Assembly (NCBI GenBank): GCA_036677065.1
Contig: JAKFBS010000004.1
Coordinates: forward strand, 480,001 to 544,000
Direction of reading: 5' to 3'
Source of the DNA: Bdellovibrio sp.
GTDB taxonomy: Bacteria; Bdellovibrionota; Bdellovibrionia; Bdellovibrionales; Bdellovibrionaceae
Length of the DNA stretch: 64,000 bases
Positions 28,958 through 38,700 of this stretch are shown in pieces. Every line of letters begins with the position of its first letter. Within the stretch, counting starts at the first letter, position 1. The notes under the pieces were generated by a model, which saw only the letters and a list, made by a program, of their open reading frames with translations, had not been told where the DNA came from and ran no database searches. The translations under genes were made by a program, and so were the position numbers.

Positions 28958-29607
28958 ATAGATAATCAAAAAAATATTTTTTTAGCTTGGTTTGTATTGC
29001 TGACAAACGCATCTTGCATTCAATATTTGCAGGAATATGCATAGGGCTGAAAAATAAATCTTCTACTTCGATAAGCTGTAAACTCTGCTGAGAGTTGTTA
29101 TCGCCCTGATCAAGAAATTGCACAAGAGTGTGTGCGCCTAGTTTAATATTTAGCTCGGTGCCACTACAGATGGCATCAGTGATGGCCTTATGATTCTGGT
29201 CTGGATTCATTAAATTCATTTTCTCTGTAATGTAGAACCGTTCAGTAGCAGGTCTCTTAGGATCTGAAATGAGCATAAAAGGATTTATCACGCTGGTAAT
29301 TTCATGTATCTGAGTTTCAGTAATGTAGTGATAGGCAACGGGGTATTTAATTTCTGAAGGAAATAACGGATGTAATCTTTTGGAAAACGTTTCTTTGGTT
29401 TCTTTGGCCAATAACTTAGAAAAAATAAAGCCGTTCAATGAGCGGGCTTTGTAAACCGATTTGCTGCCATTCAGGGGTTCGATCAATGTATAAAGGGCTT
29501 CGTGAAACAGTAGGGCCACTTTTTGAATGTCACTTAGTTCAGTCCAGTAAATCTGGTCGATTAAAACAACTTCGTTGGTACGAATGGCCATTTGAAGTAA
29601 TTCGCCG
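28956..29607 (-). pseudogene. 5'-truncated gene of an LxHEAxY-type protein
   Basis: Protein-like from GELLQMAIR...LIDQIYW...KVALLFHEALY. The predicted N-terminal ~43 aa are merely the antisense of a plus-strand remnant. Confidence 0.6.
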
Positions 29608-29610
29608 CTA

Positions 29611-29748
29611 ACGGCAGATAATGCGGCTGTAGAGGCTCTAAAAATTGAAAATGCGGTTAAAGACCAAGAGATTAAAAATCTTAAACAAGAAAACGAAGCT
29701 ATTAAGGTTCGCCTTGAAAAAATCGAAAAAGCTCTCAACTCAAAATAA
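29611..29748 (+). pseudogene. 3' remnant (coiled-coil tail) of a probable S74-chaperone fibre/adhesin gene
   Basis: TADNAAVEALKIENAVKDQEIKNLKQENEAIKVRLEKIEKALNSK*; no start codon, in-frame TGA at 29593. Confidence 0.6.
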
Positions 29749-29793
29749 CGAGCGTGTCTTTACAACGTCACCTTAAGCCGATAGGCTTAAGGT

Positions 29794-30675
29794 ATGAAAA
29801 CTTTAATTTCTTTAATCCTCGCGATTTCTTTTTATACAACTTCAGCATTTGCGTGTTTACACTTTTCAAATACTTATCAAAGTCGCATGCAAGAAGGTTT
29901 GCAAGAAATATTCATGTTTCATGATGGCACCAACGCTCACATGGTTGTGAGTACACATTTAGAATCTAAGAAATTTCCTACTGAAGTCGCCTGGGTATTG
30001 CCGTTTCCAAGTTTACCGAAAAAATATGAAGAAATTAAAGGGATTTTTTTTGAAGAAGTGAAGGGGTTATTTCCTTCTGTTAATGTGCAAAAAGGTTTTG
30101 GCGAGGGTCTTGGTAAAGGCAGGGCTACTGGTCGCGGCACCGGAATTAAAGTTCACGAAACCGTTGTCTTAGACAGTTATCAAATTCAACCTATTGAAAT
30201 TTTAGAAGAAGGTTCTGGTAACGAATTTAATGTTTGGTTAAAGAAAAATAAATTTAACCCGATGCCTCTTGAAAACCAAAAATACTATCTAAAAAAAGGT
30301 GCTGTGTTTTTAGCAATTCGCATGAATTTAAATAAGCCAGCAACTGAAAATCTGATTTCTAAACCGCTACATATTGTTTACGAATCAGATAAATTATCAG
30401 CACCGATGAAATTCACTCATGACACCAGAGAATTTGATTTGGATTTGTATGTGTTCAGTAAAAAAGAATTAACTAAAGATTTAACAAAAATGTATCTTAA
30501 ACAAAATGGCAGTGCGGCTTATGAAAATAAACGTAACACCCCATTTTTAGATGCTCTTCTTGGTAAAAACAAAGGCTTTATCACGCGCTATTCAGGTCAC
30601 GGTTTAAATAAAAAGGGCCAGCTGGTTAAAGAGCTGACCCATGATCCTGAGTTTATAAAATCAGAGCTGTTTTAA
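29794..30675 (+). CDS. DUF2330-like exported protein
   Basis: AFAC after signal; AWVLPFPSLP; WLKKNKF; YYLKKGAVFLAIR; PLHIVY. Confidence 0.8.
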   Translation: MKTLISLILAISFYTTSAFACLHFSNTYQSRMQEGLQEIFMFHDGTNAHMVVSTHLESKKFPTEVAWVLPFPSLPKKYEEIKGIFFEEVKGLFPSVNVQKGFGEGLGKGRATGRGTGIKVHETVVLDSYQIQPIEILEEGSGNEFNVWLKKNKFNPMPLENQKYYLKKGAVFLAIRMNLNKPATENLISKPLHIVYESDKLSAPMKFTHDTREFDLDLYVFSKKELTKDLTKMYLKQNGSAAYENKRNTPFLDALLGKNKGFITRYSGHGLNKKGQLVKELTHDPEFIKSELF

Positions 30676-30695
30676 CAGCTAAACTAGTAGTTAAA

Positions 30696-31670
30696 TTAGT
30701 CTTGAACGCAGTAGTATGAATAGCCTTCTTCTGGATTATTCACTTCTGATTTGTTACGAATTGGCGTTGGGTTACGTAAATGCGGAGCATAGACGTAATC
30801 ATTAGCTAAAGCCCAGATCGCATCGTTAATACTAACGCCGCCATTCCAGTCGCCATAAGCATCGATCATCTCAAGTTCTGTTCCTGTTGGTAGACGGCCG
30901 CCTAAAGTATCACACGCGCGCTCTGCATTTTTAGGTGAAAATGTTCTTTCAACAGAACCGTTCATCGCGCCTAAAAGAGTTAAAGATTTTTTGCCAATTT
31001 TTAAAGTCGACGGAAATTTCGTGCGTTGAAAATCTTCAAACATACGTGAAGCAATTTGACTCATCACTGTAGCTGGCTGGCCATGGCCGATGTAAGAAGT
31101 CTCTGCGCCATCACGGCCAATCATATGTAAAGTCACTTGAATATCACCTTGGCAATTAGGTGCTAAGGCATAAGTTCCGTAAGCGATATAATCTAATTTA
31201 TCAACTAAGCTTTGATCCAAATAACCATCACGTTGGCCGTTAGCTGCGGCACGCACCACGCTTAAAACATCATTTACACGGGTAAAACTTAAACGTTGAA
31301 CGCGCGGGCGAAGATTGCGGTAGTAATCGCTCACATAAGATTTCAAAGTCGATTCTAAAGTGACTTCCATATATTTGTATTGATTAGCGGCTGCAATATT
31401 TTGATCGTAAAGATTATTAAAACCTACAAGCATGGGTAAAACTTCTTTACCTTTTGCGCCAGCACCCATTAAGTCTTTTGCAAGGCCTGTCATTTTATCC
31501 ATGTAGCCAGAACGAGTCGTGCTGTAAGCATCTTTGTAAACACAAAGATCTGCGCCGCGAATAAATGGAATCGTTGGCCAAACGCCAACTTGTTCTTTGG
31601 TTTCAGCGGCAACGCCTGAAATCGTTGTGAATGAAAGGGCGAAAGTTAAAGCTAGCGATAGTTTTTTCAT
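30696..31670 (-). CDS. Secreted hypothetical protein with C-type-lectin-like C-terminal domain
   Basis: Signal peptide; AERACDTLGGRLPTGTEL...W...YYCV. Confidence 0.7.
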   Translation of the reverse strand: MKKLSLALTFALSFTTISGVAAETKEQVGVWPTIPFIRGADLCVYKDAYSTTRSGYMDKMTGLAKDLMGAGAKGKEVLPMLVGFNNLYDQNIAAANQYKYMEVTLESTLKSYVSDYYRNLRPRVQRLSFTRVNDVLSVVRAAANGQRDGYLDQSLVDKLDYIAYGTYALAPNCQGDIQVTLHMIGRDGAETSYIGHGQPATVMSQIASRMFEDFQRTKFPSTLKIGKKSLTLLGAMNGSVERTFSPKNAERACDTLGGRLPTGTELEMIDAYGDWNGGVSINDAIWALANDYVYAPHLRNPTPIRNKSEVNNPEEGYSYYCVQD

Positions 31671-31831
31671 GAATCCTCTTACTGCAATTTTGGTTACTTA
31701 TAAGCTGGATTTTATTAGGACTACAAGTGGAATTACTGTTAAAGATTTAACAACCTGCCGAATAAGGGCCGTGAATCTTAACAAATCTTAAAATAAGGCA
31801 TTGTTTTGTAGTTAGAGTCAAAATAACCTGT

Positions 31832-32317
31832 TTGGGTATGTCACAAAAAAAACATCTGAAATTTGATCCCGTACTTGAAGTAGCCAAACCTTATCCGGGT
31901 GATAGCCAAGGGGCATTTTTACTAGCTTCGTCGCAGCTAGAAATGGTTTTGTTAAAAACTTCAGCGCACCATGAGCTCAATGCCGAAGTCTGGTTTAGTT
32001 CGGCGACGGCAGGGCCTCCGGGGCATGTACATGGTGGCTGTCAGGCGGCGGTCCTTGATGAAGTTATGGGTTCAACAGGCTGGCATCACGGCTATGGTGT
32101 AGTGGCAGCTAAAATTGAAGTCGAATTTTTAGAGATGATTCCAGTGCTGCACCAATATTCAATGCGCGGGCGAATTGTTAACATAGATAAACGAAAAATT
32201 TTTATTGAAGCTGAACTTTTTGATAAAGAAAAAGTTTACGCTAAATCAACAGGCCTATTTATTGTGTTAACTAAAGAGCAAATCGATTCTTTAGGACTTA
32301 AAAAAAAGGAAGCTTAA
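31832..32317 (+). CDS. PaaI-family hotdog thioesterase
   Basis: GPPGHVHGGCQAAVLDEVMG. Confidence 0.9.
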   Translation: MGMSQKKHLKFDPVLEVAKPYPGDSQGAFLLASSQLEMVLLKTSAHHELNAEVWFSSATAGPPGHVHGGCQAAVLDEVMGSTGWHHGYGVVAAKIEVEFLEMIPVLHQYSMRGRIVNIDKRKIFIEAELFDKEKVYAKSTGLFIVLTKEQIDSLGLKKKEA

Positions 32318-32329
32318 GCTTCCTTTTTT
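32302..32329. terminator. Bidirectional terminator (perfect palindrome)
   Basis: AAAAAAGGAAGCTTAAGCTTCCTTTTTT between convergent genes. Confidence 0.75.
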
Positions 32330-32331
32330 AA

Positions 32332-33924
32332 TTACATAAGTTTTCTTTTTACTAAATATTCGTCGTAAGTGGTGCTGTCATCAAAAAGTACTTGTTCATC
32401 GATTTCGACAATTTTATTCGCCACTGTCTGCATTAACTGATGATCGTGTGAAGTGAACAACATTGCACCCTTGAAGCGCTCCATGCCTTCATTCACTGCC
32501 GTAATGCTTTCTAAGTCTAAGTGATTTGTAGGGCCATCGATAATTAACACGTTAGCACCTGATAACATCATTTTAGAAAACATGCAGCGCGCTTTTTCTC
32601 CGCCTGATAAAACACTTGGTTTTTTCAAAGCATCATTGCCGCCGAATAACATTTTACCTAAGTAACCACGTAAGAACGATTCGTCCTTATCACTAGAGTA
32701 CTGACGTAACCAGTTAACTAAAGTGTCTTCATCGCCCTGAAAGTATTTAGCATTATCAACCGGGAAGTAGCTGACTTCAGTCGTGATACCCCAAGTGATT
32801 TTGCCAGAGTCAGCTTTGCGTTCGCCAGATAAAATGTCGAATAAAATAGTTTTCGTTAAATCATTACGACCCACGAAAGCAATTTTATCACCTTTGTTTA
32901 CACGAAAGCTGATGTTATTAAGAACTTTCTTGCCTTCAAGCGTGTAATTCAGATTTTCAACAGTTAAAACGTCATTACCAAGTTCGCGTTTCATTTCAAA
33001 ACCGATGTAAGGAACTTTACGGGTTGAAACCGGGATGTCGTTGAATTCAAGTTTATCTAATTGTTTCGCGCGTGACGAAGCTTGGCTAGATTTCGAAGCA
33101 TTGGCACTGAAGCGGGCGATAAAGGCCTTTAGTTCTTCAGCTTTAACAGAAGCTTTTTTATTTTGATCAGACAATAAACGCTGTTTTAATTCGCTCGACT
33201 CGCGCCAGAAATCGTAATTGCCGGTGTAAGTCGTGATTTTACCGAAATCGATGTCAGCCATGTGCGTACAAACTTTATTTAAAAAGTGGCGATCATGCGA
33301 AATAACAATAACTGTGTTTTCAAAATTTAATAAAAAGTTTTCTAACCAGTTAATCGCTAAGATATCTAAGTGATTCGTCGGCTCATCCAGTAATAAAATA
33401 TCTGGTTTACCTAAAAGCGCCTGCGCCAGTAATACTTTTACTTTTTCGCCGCCGCTAAGGTCTTGCATTAAACGTTGGTGAAATGATTCATCTAAATTTA
33501 GACCAGCTAATAGAACACCGGCTTCTGATTCAGCTTCCCAGCCATTAAGTTCACCAAACTCCGATTCTAATTCAGAAGCACGAACACCATCGGCATCAGA
33601 AAAATCAGGTTTGTTATAAAGCTCTTCTTTTTCTTTCATGATCTTATACAGACGAGAATTACCCATCAGCACGGTGTTCATCACCGTGTGTTCATCATAA
33701 GCAAAGTGATCTTGTTTTAAAACCGAAAGACGGGCCTTTGGTGGAACAATCACTTCGCCAGTGTTTGGCTCTAATTCTTTAGATAAGATTTTTAAAAACG
33801 TTGTTTTACCAGCGCCATTGGCGCCGATTAAGCCGTAACAATTGCCCGGAGTAAATTTAACGTTAACGTCTTCGAATAATTTTTTGCCGCCAAAACGGAG
33901 GCTGATGTTGCTTGTAGAAATCAT
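32332..33924 (-). CDS. ABC-F ATPase (YbiT/YkpA-like)
   Basis: GANGAGKTT, LSGGEK, LLDEPTNHLD, linker FIARFSANASKS, second NBD; no TM. Confidence 0.95.
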   Translation of the reverse strand: MISTSNISLRFGGKKLFEDVNVKFTPGNCYGLIGANGAGKTTFLKILSKELEPNTGEVIVPPKARLSVLKQDHFAYDEHTVMNTVLMGNSRLYKIMKEKEELYNKPDFSDADGVRASELESEFGELNGWEAESEAGVLLAGLNLDESFHQRLMQDLSGGEKVKVLLAQALLGKPDILLLDEPTNHLDILAINWLENFLLNFENTVIVISHDRHFLNKVCTHMADIDFGKITTYTGNYDFWRESSELKQRLLSDQNKKASVKAEELKAFIARFSANASKSSQASSRAKQLDKLEFNDIPVSTRKVPYIGFEMKRELGNDVLTVENLNYTLEGKKVLNNISFRVNKGDKIAFVGRNDLTKTILFDILSGERKADSGKITWGITTEVSYFPVDNAKYFQGDEDTLVNWLRQYSSDKDESFLRGYLGKMLFGGNDALKKPSVLSGGEKARCMFSKMMLSGANVLIIDGPTNHLDLESITAVNEGMERFKGAMLFTSHDHQLMQTVANKIVEIDEQVLFDDSTTYDEYLVKRKLM

Positions 33925-34187
33925 TTTTGTGTAAACCCCAAAATATCAACGTAAGTTATGCCTTTTGCTAAGCCTGAAGAAGGTCTGGCATTTTGTCCTT
34001 TGATTTGGATTTTGCCAGAATTAAATAATTCTTTAAAAGCTGTGCGCGAGATCTCACGTAAAGTTAAATTTTCGTTTTGCCCTTTGATAGCCTGTAATAA
34101 AACTGCATCTAAGCGACCTGCCGGACGCAGAAGATCCAAAGTGATGCGAAATGAATTGTTTGGTTTAGGTGGTATATTGTCTTCCAT
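33921..34187 (-). CDS. Stand-alone S4-like RNA-binding protein
   Basis: RLDAVL...ISRTAFKELFNSGKIQIKG...RPS. Confidence 0.7.
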   Translation of the reverse strand: MEDNIPPKPNNSFRITLDLLRPAGRLDAVLLQAIKGQNENLTLREISRTAFKELFNSGKIQIKGQNARPSSGLAKGITYVDILGFTQK

Positions 34188-35056
34188 TAGAAAATCTCCG
34201 ATAGCTCATCTATTAATTTCAGAAAGGTTGGATTCTGTTCGATTACGGCTAAATAATCAAACTCTAACGCATCAAGAACGTTTTCATTGATGCCATTTAG
34301 GCGTAAATAAAGCTCTGTGGTGTTAAAGCGAAACCCAGGGCTAAGTTCAAAGGCATTTTTACTTAAGTTCTTAAGCGCTTTATGGTCAAAAGTTAATTTT
34401 GTCACACGAGCCATCTGTTGTTGAGTAAAATGTTCGTTTAAGAAATTGCTGTGCAGATAGGCGAAAATCATAAACTTAAAAACATTTTTTTGACCAACTT
34501 CTTGCACTAGATTTTTTAAGTGAGTGCGGTCGTCGAATTTAGTGAAAAATGAGTTTACTTCAAGAAAAGTTTTGTGAGTCGCATCTTGGGCGTCCATGAT
34601 CGCCATAAATTCACAGGTGTTTGCAAACGATTCTTCTAATAACATCGCCACTAATTTAGTTTTTTGATCAGTCGTCGTTGCTAAGCCAAGACGTGTTGAA
34701 ATTGAACGGGCAATCGCATGACAAGATTCGTGAAATACATAATTTGCTTTTAGATTTCCGCCGATATGATCCCAATTGATTTGTTGCGGAACTTTTTGAT
34801 CCAGCGCTGAAAGAATATCGTAGTTGTTTTGAAAGTAGATTGTTTTTGACGTTAATAAATTTTCAAGTTGGCTCATCGGAAAAGCTAAATACTCTGAAGT
34901 CGGGTTAGATGAGAATTTGAAATCAAATGTTTTAACTTTTTTTCGAACTGCACCATAAACTGAATTGTTCGCCACCAAATAGCCATCACCCAGACTTAAT
35001 AAAAGTCCTTGGGCCTTCGTGGTTTCGTGTTTTTGTAATAGTGCAGTTAACTTCAT
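34187..35056 (-). CDS. Cytoplasmic HExxH (gluzincin-like) protein
   Basis: FHESCHAIA then LLEESFANTCE; start taken as ATG 35056 (35089 possible). Confidence 0.7.
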   Translation of the reverse strand: MKLTALLQKHETTKAQGLLLSLGDGYLVANNSVYGAVRKKVKTFDFKFSSNPTSEYLAFPMSQLENLLTSKTIYFQNNYDILSALDQKVPQQINWDHIGGNLKANYVFHESCHAIARSISTRLGLATTTDQKTKLVAMLLEESFANTCEFMAIMDAQDATHKTFLEVNSFFTKFDDRTHLKNLVQEVGQKNVFKFMIFAYLHSNFLNEHFTQQQMARVTKLTFDHKALKNLSKNAFELSPGFRFNTTELYLRLNGINENVLDALEFDYLAVIEQNPTFLKLIDELSEIF

Positions 35057-35151
35057 GATTTCATGCAAGAATACGTCACAAATCGCCATTCGACCATGGG
35101 GGTTTTGACTCTTGTAAAACTTTTACATATGGTTAACCCAAGAGGTGAGTC

Positions 35152-35667
35152 ATGCGTTTTTTAATTACTGCAGTTTTAATGTTTGCAACAAACACAATTT
35201 TAGCCGGTGAAATCAAATTAAACGAGCCAGCGCCTTTATTTACCGCGAAAACCCAAACTGGAACCGACTTCGACCTTAAAACTCGTAAAGGCAAATGGAC
35301 AGTTTTATACTTTTACCCCAAAGCCGGAACCCCAGGTTGTACTAAACAAGCCTGCGCTTTTCGCGACAGTATTCAAAAAATTCGTGATTTAGGCGCAGAA
35401 GTTTATGGCATAAGTACTGACACGGTTGAAGACCAGGCCAAATTTCACAAAGAACATAGTTTAAATTTTGATTTATTAGCCGATGCGGATGCGAAAATTA
35501 CCAATCTTTACGGGTCAAAAATGCAGATCGTGAAAGTTTCAAAACGTTGGACTTTTGTGATCGATCCAGAATTAAAAATCAGAAATGTCATGAAAGATGT
35601 AGATCCGGTTTTAGATTCTGAGCGTGTAGCCAGCGAAATCGCAAAACTGAAAGCTGTCTCAAAATAA
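35152..35667 (+). CDS. bcp: Peroxiredoxin, BCP/PrxQ family, with signal peptide
   Basis: VLYFYPKAGTPGCTKQACAFRD. Confidence 0.9.
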   Translation: MRFLITAVLMFATNTILAGEIKLNEPAPLFTAKTQTGTDFDLKTRKGKWTVLYFYPKAGTPGCTKQACAFRDSIQKIRDLGAEVYGISTDTVEDQAKFHKEHSLNFDLLADADAKITNLYGSKMQIVKVSKRWTFVIDPELKIRNVMKDVDPVLDSERVASEIAKLKAVSK

Positions 35668-35705
35668 GCCGTCCAAACCTTTCACAGTTTCAAATAATTT
35701 AGCAT

Positions 35706-35733
35706 TTAAGCCATACGTCCAGCAGACCGATAT
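35706..35733 (+). promoter_or_regulatory. sigma28-like promoter
   Basis: TTAAG-N15-ACCGATAT, 7 nt before GTG 35741. Confidence 0.55.
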
Positions 35734-35740
35734 ATATAGT

Positions 35741-38700
35741 GTGAAGACGTGTAGTACGTATGGCCCCTTCTTGTCTAAATCTATTGTTATTAGGAATATT
35801 TTCCTTTTAACTTTTATCTTTTCTTTTTCTTCATGTCATAAAGCCTTATTTGATGCGATGTCGGTTGAATTACCAACTGATATTGCGGGCATGCAGCCCA
35901 TTATTATTTCTGGCCAAGTTTCAGGTTTAGCCGCTTCAGGGCTTGGATTTAGTGCTAAAGCGGTTGCGCAATCAGTTTCAGCGCAATGTACAGATGTGCG
36001 GGTTAAACTTTTTCGGTTGCAAAATAATGGAACCATCGATGACTCGGCCCCATTAGCTACGACAGGTATTGATAGTAATGGCAAATACAGTTTTGATCTG
36101 AATGAACTTGGCATCGATGATTCAGCAGCTACCGTAGGCTTGATTGTAAAGGCCGAAAGTTGCGACGGCTCGTTTTTGAATCGCCCGATCACGGGTTTTA
36201 ATAACGAGCAAAATATCGATGTCAAATCAACGGTCATCTCTCAAATGGTGAATGCTGGAATATTAGTTCCTAAAAAATTAAATGAAGCACGGAAATCTGA
36301 AATTGAAAGTTTGCTAAACACAGTGTCTGGTTCAACGACAGGGGATGTGATCGATTCTTTAACAAATACACCCGCACCGTCAGCGATGTTTACGCAAATT
36401 TTTGGAGCTTCACCGAATGTTATCAAAGATGTAAAACCTGAAATCCAATTTGCGCCACCAATAAGCTTTAATGAACAACAAAATCATGCGCTCACAGTCG
36501 CCACCTTTCACGTTGATCCGAATTATTCATTTGTTTACAAATGGAAATTAGACGGTGTCGTACGCTCTTCAGCAAAAACATGGAATTATATTCCCCATGC
36601 TAATGCCGCAGGGCCTCACCAAATTGATGTGTATGTCGGTAAAGATGATGGCGCAGGAGAAATTGATTTAACAAAACCATATTATACAAAATCGTTTATG
36701 ATTACGATCGCTAATAACATTTTGCCAGTGGCTCCGAATCTTTCGATTCATGCAAGTACGCCTGCACCACGCACCACAAGCTCTATTCAACTTAATATTT
36801 CTACCGGTTTAAATATGGCCAACTGTGAGAACTTCTCGCATATGGCGTTAACAGACTCAGGCGTGATTCCTGGTATCATGCAATTTAATCTTGATTGCAC
36901 GACAAGTGGTACGCAAACTCTGTTGGTGAATTTTGATAACAACGATGGTTCTAAAGAATTACACTTATGGGCTATTGATGAAATCGGTACAATTTCACCA
37001 TCAAAATCAGTCAGTTTTATTCTTGATTCGACGGCTCCGGTTACAACATCGTTAGTGATTAATAGTGGTGTATCAAGCACGACAAATAAAAATGTTTTAA
37101 TCAATTTCAGTGGCAGCGATGATTTATTAAAGCTAACTGCATTTTGTTTGCGTTATAACAATACAGCGCAACCAGCAGCGGGCGATTCTTGCTGGACGAC
37201 TTTAGATTCTATCAGTGTTCCCACAAGTAAAACAGTCTCGATTGCCAACTATCAATTCCAATTGGGTTCGGTTGTTGGTGATTATAATGTGACTGTTTGG
37301 TGGAAGAACGAAGCCAATTTAATCAGTTCACTATCAGGCAATGGAACAGCAAATGTAGATTCATTTGTGATGTCTTTTACACCAGACCCACCGCCGACGT
37401 TAGCTAATATTATCGCCGCTGGTTTTAATGAATCAGTATCGCCACTTGGGGTGAGTGATACTACAGTCACATTTGGTTATGATTTATTTATTAAGTGGCA
37501 AGTTGCAGATAATAATCCAATTCCTGCCGGCAATATTTCTTTATATTATACGACAAACGATGTGTCTTACACCACAGTGGCAACGAATTTAAATAATGGC
37601 ATCAATGGTGATTGTACAATCGCAGGGTCTGAGACCGGATGTTATAAATGGACTGCGGCGTCTCCGACAAATAGTTATTACCGTATTAAAGTTGTAGTGA
37701 CAGATTTAGGTGGAGCCATTGTTTTTGAAACATCGAATCCATTAAACACGGGCAAAATCAAATTTTTATCCGGTAACACCAGTTTAGGCATTGGCGGTAT
37801 CGCTACAAATGCGGTTTTATTTTCGCCTAATGAAGCCAGTTATAACGACTATGCTGATAATCAATCGCTTGTTGTGACGAAAACAGGTTATGTTTTTTAT
37901 CGCAGTTATGGCCGCGGTTTAGTTTATGTATCTCCGCATGATGGTATTATTCGTGACGTCGCTTTACAAACCGGTACAGCTTCAGGTGATGGTGGCAGTG
38001 TTTTTAGTGCGACCTTCAGAGACATGCGACGAATGGCTATTGATTATGATGATAACGTTATTATCTGGGATTATAATAAAGTCAGAAAAATTAACACCAA
38101 CACCACGCCTTGGAGTATTTCAACATTGTTTGGCGGCGGAGCTGATTCAACAGACGGTGCAGATGCATTATCAGCAAACATTTCGGCATCATATTCAGAC
38201 CAAATCACCATAACTCCAAATGGACGCGTGTGGTTTAATAAATCAAATGAAATCTGGTACTATGATCCAACAGATGCAAAAGTTAAAAAACACATCACCA
38301 TGACGGGCATAGGAACGGACGACATGGCATCTTGGCGGGCAACGTTTGATAATGTCGCTTGTTCTGGTTCAAATGCCGCATTTACATTTACTAAAGCTGA
38401 TTCGGGCATTACAAAAATTATGCGCCGTATGAGCTCTAGCACGAGTGCTTCGTGCGGATCAGCGGCAGCAAGTTATCCGTATTACAATACAAACTTTGAT
38501 CTTGCTACAGGTGTAGCGACAGCACCGCATCCACCGCAAACGACTTGGTCGTCACATAAATTTACTGGCCTTGATGGTAATATCTATGTTCTTAATCAGG
38601 GCCGCGGTTCACTGAAAAAATACAATGCGGGTACAAATACGTTTTCAAATGTAGTCGGTGACGGAACCAATGGTCGTTGTGACGACGGCATGCCGGCGAC

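Noticed and set aside
29608..29738. N-terminus of the 260-aa minus ORF as real coding sequence
   Set aside because: It is the antisense of a coiled-coil gene remnant.
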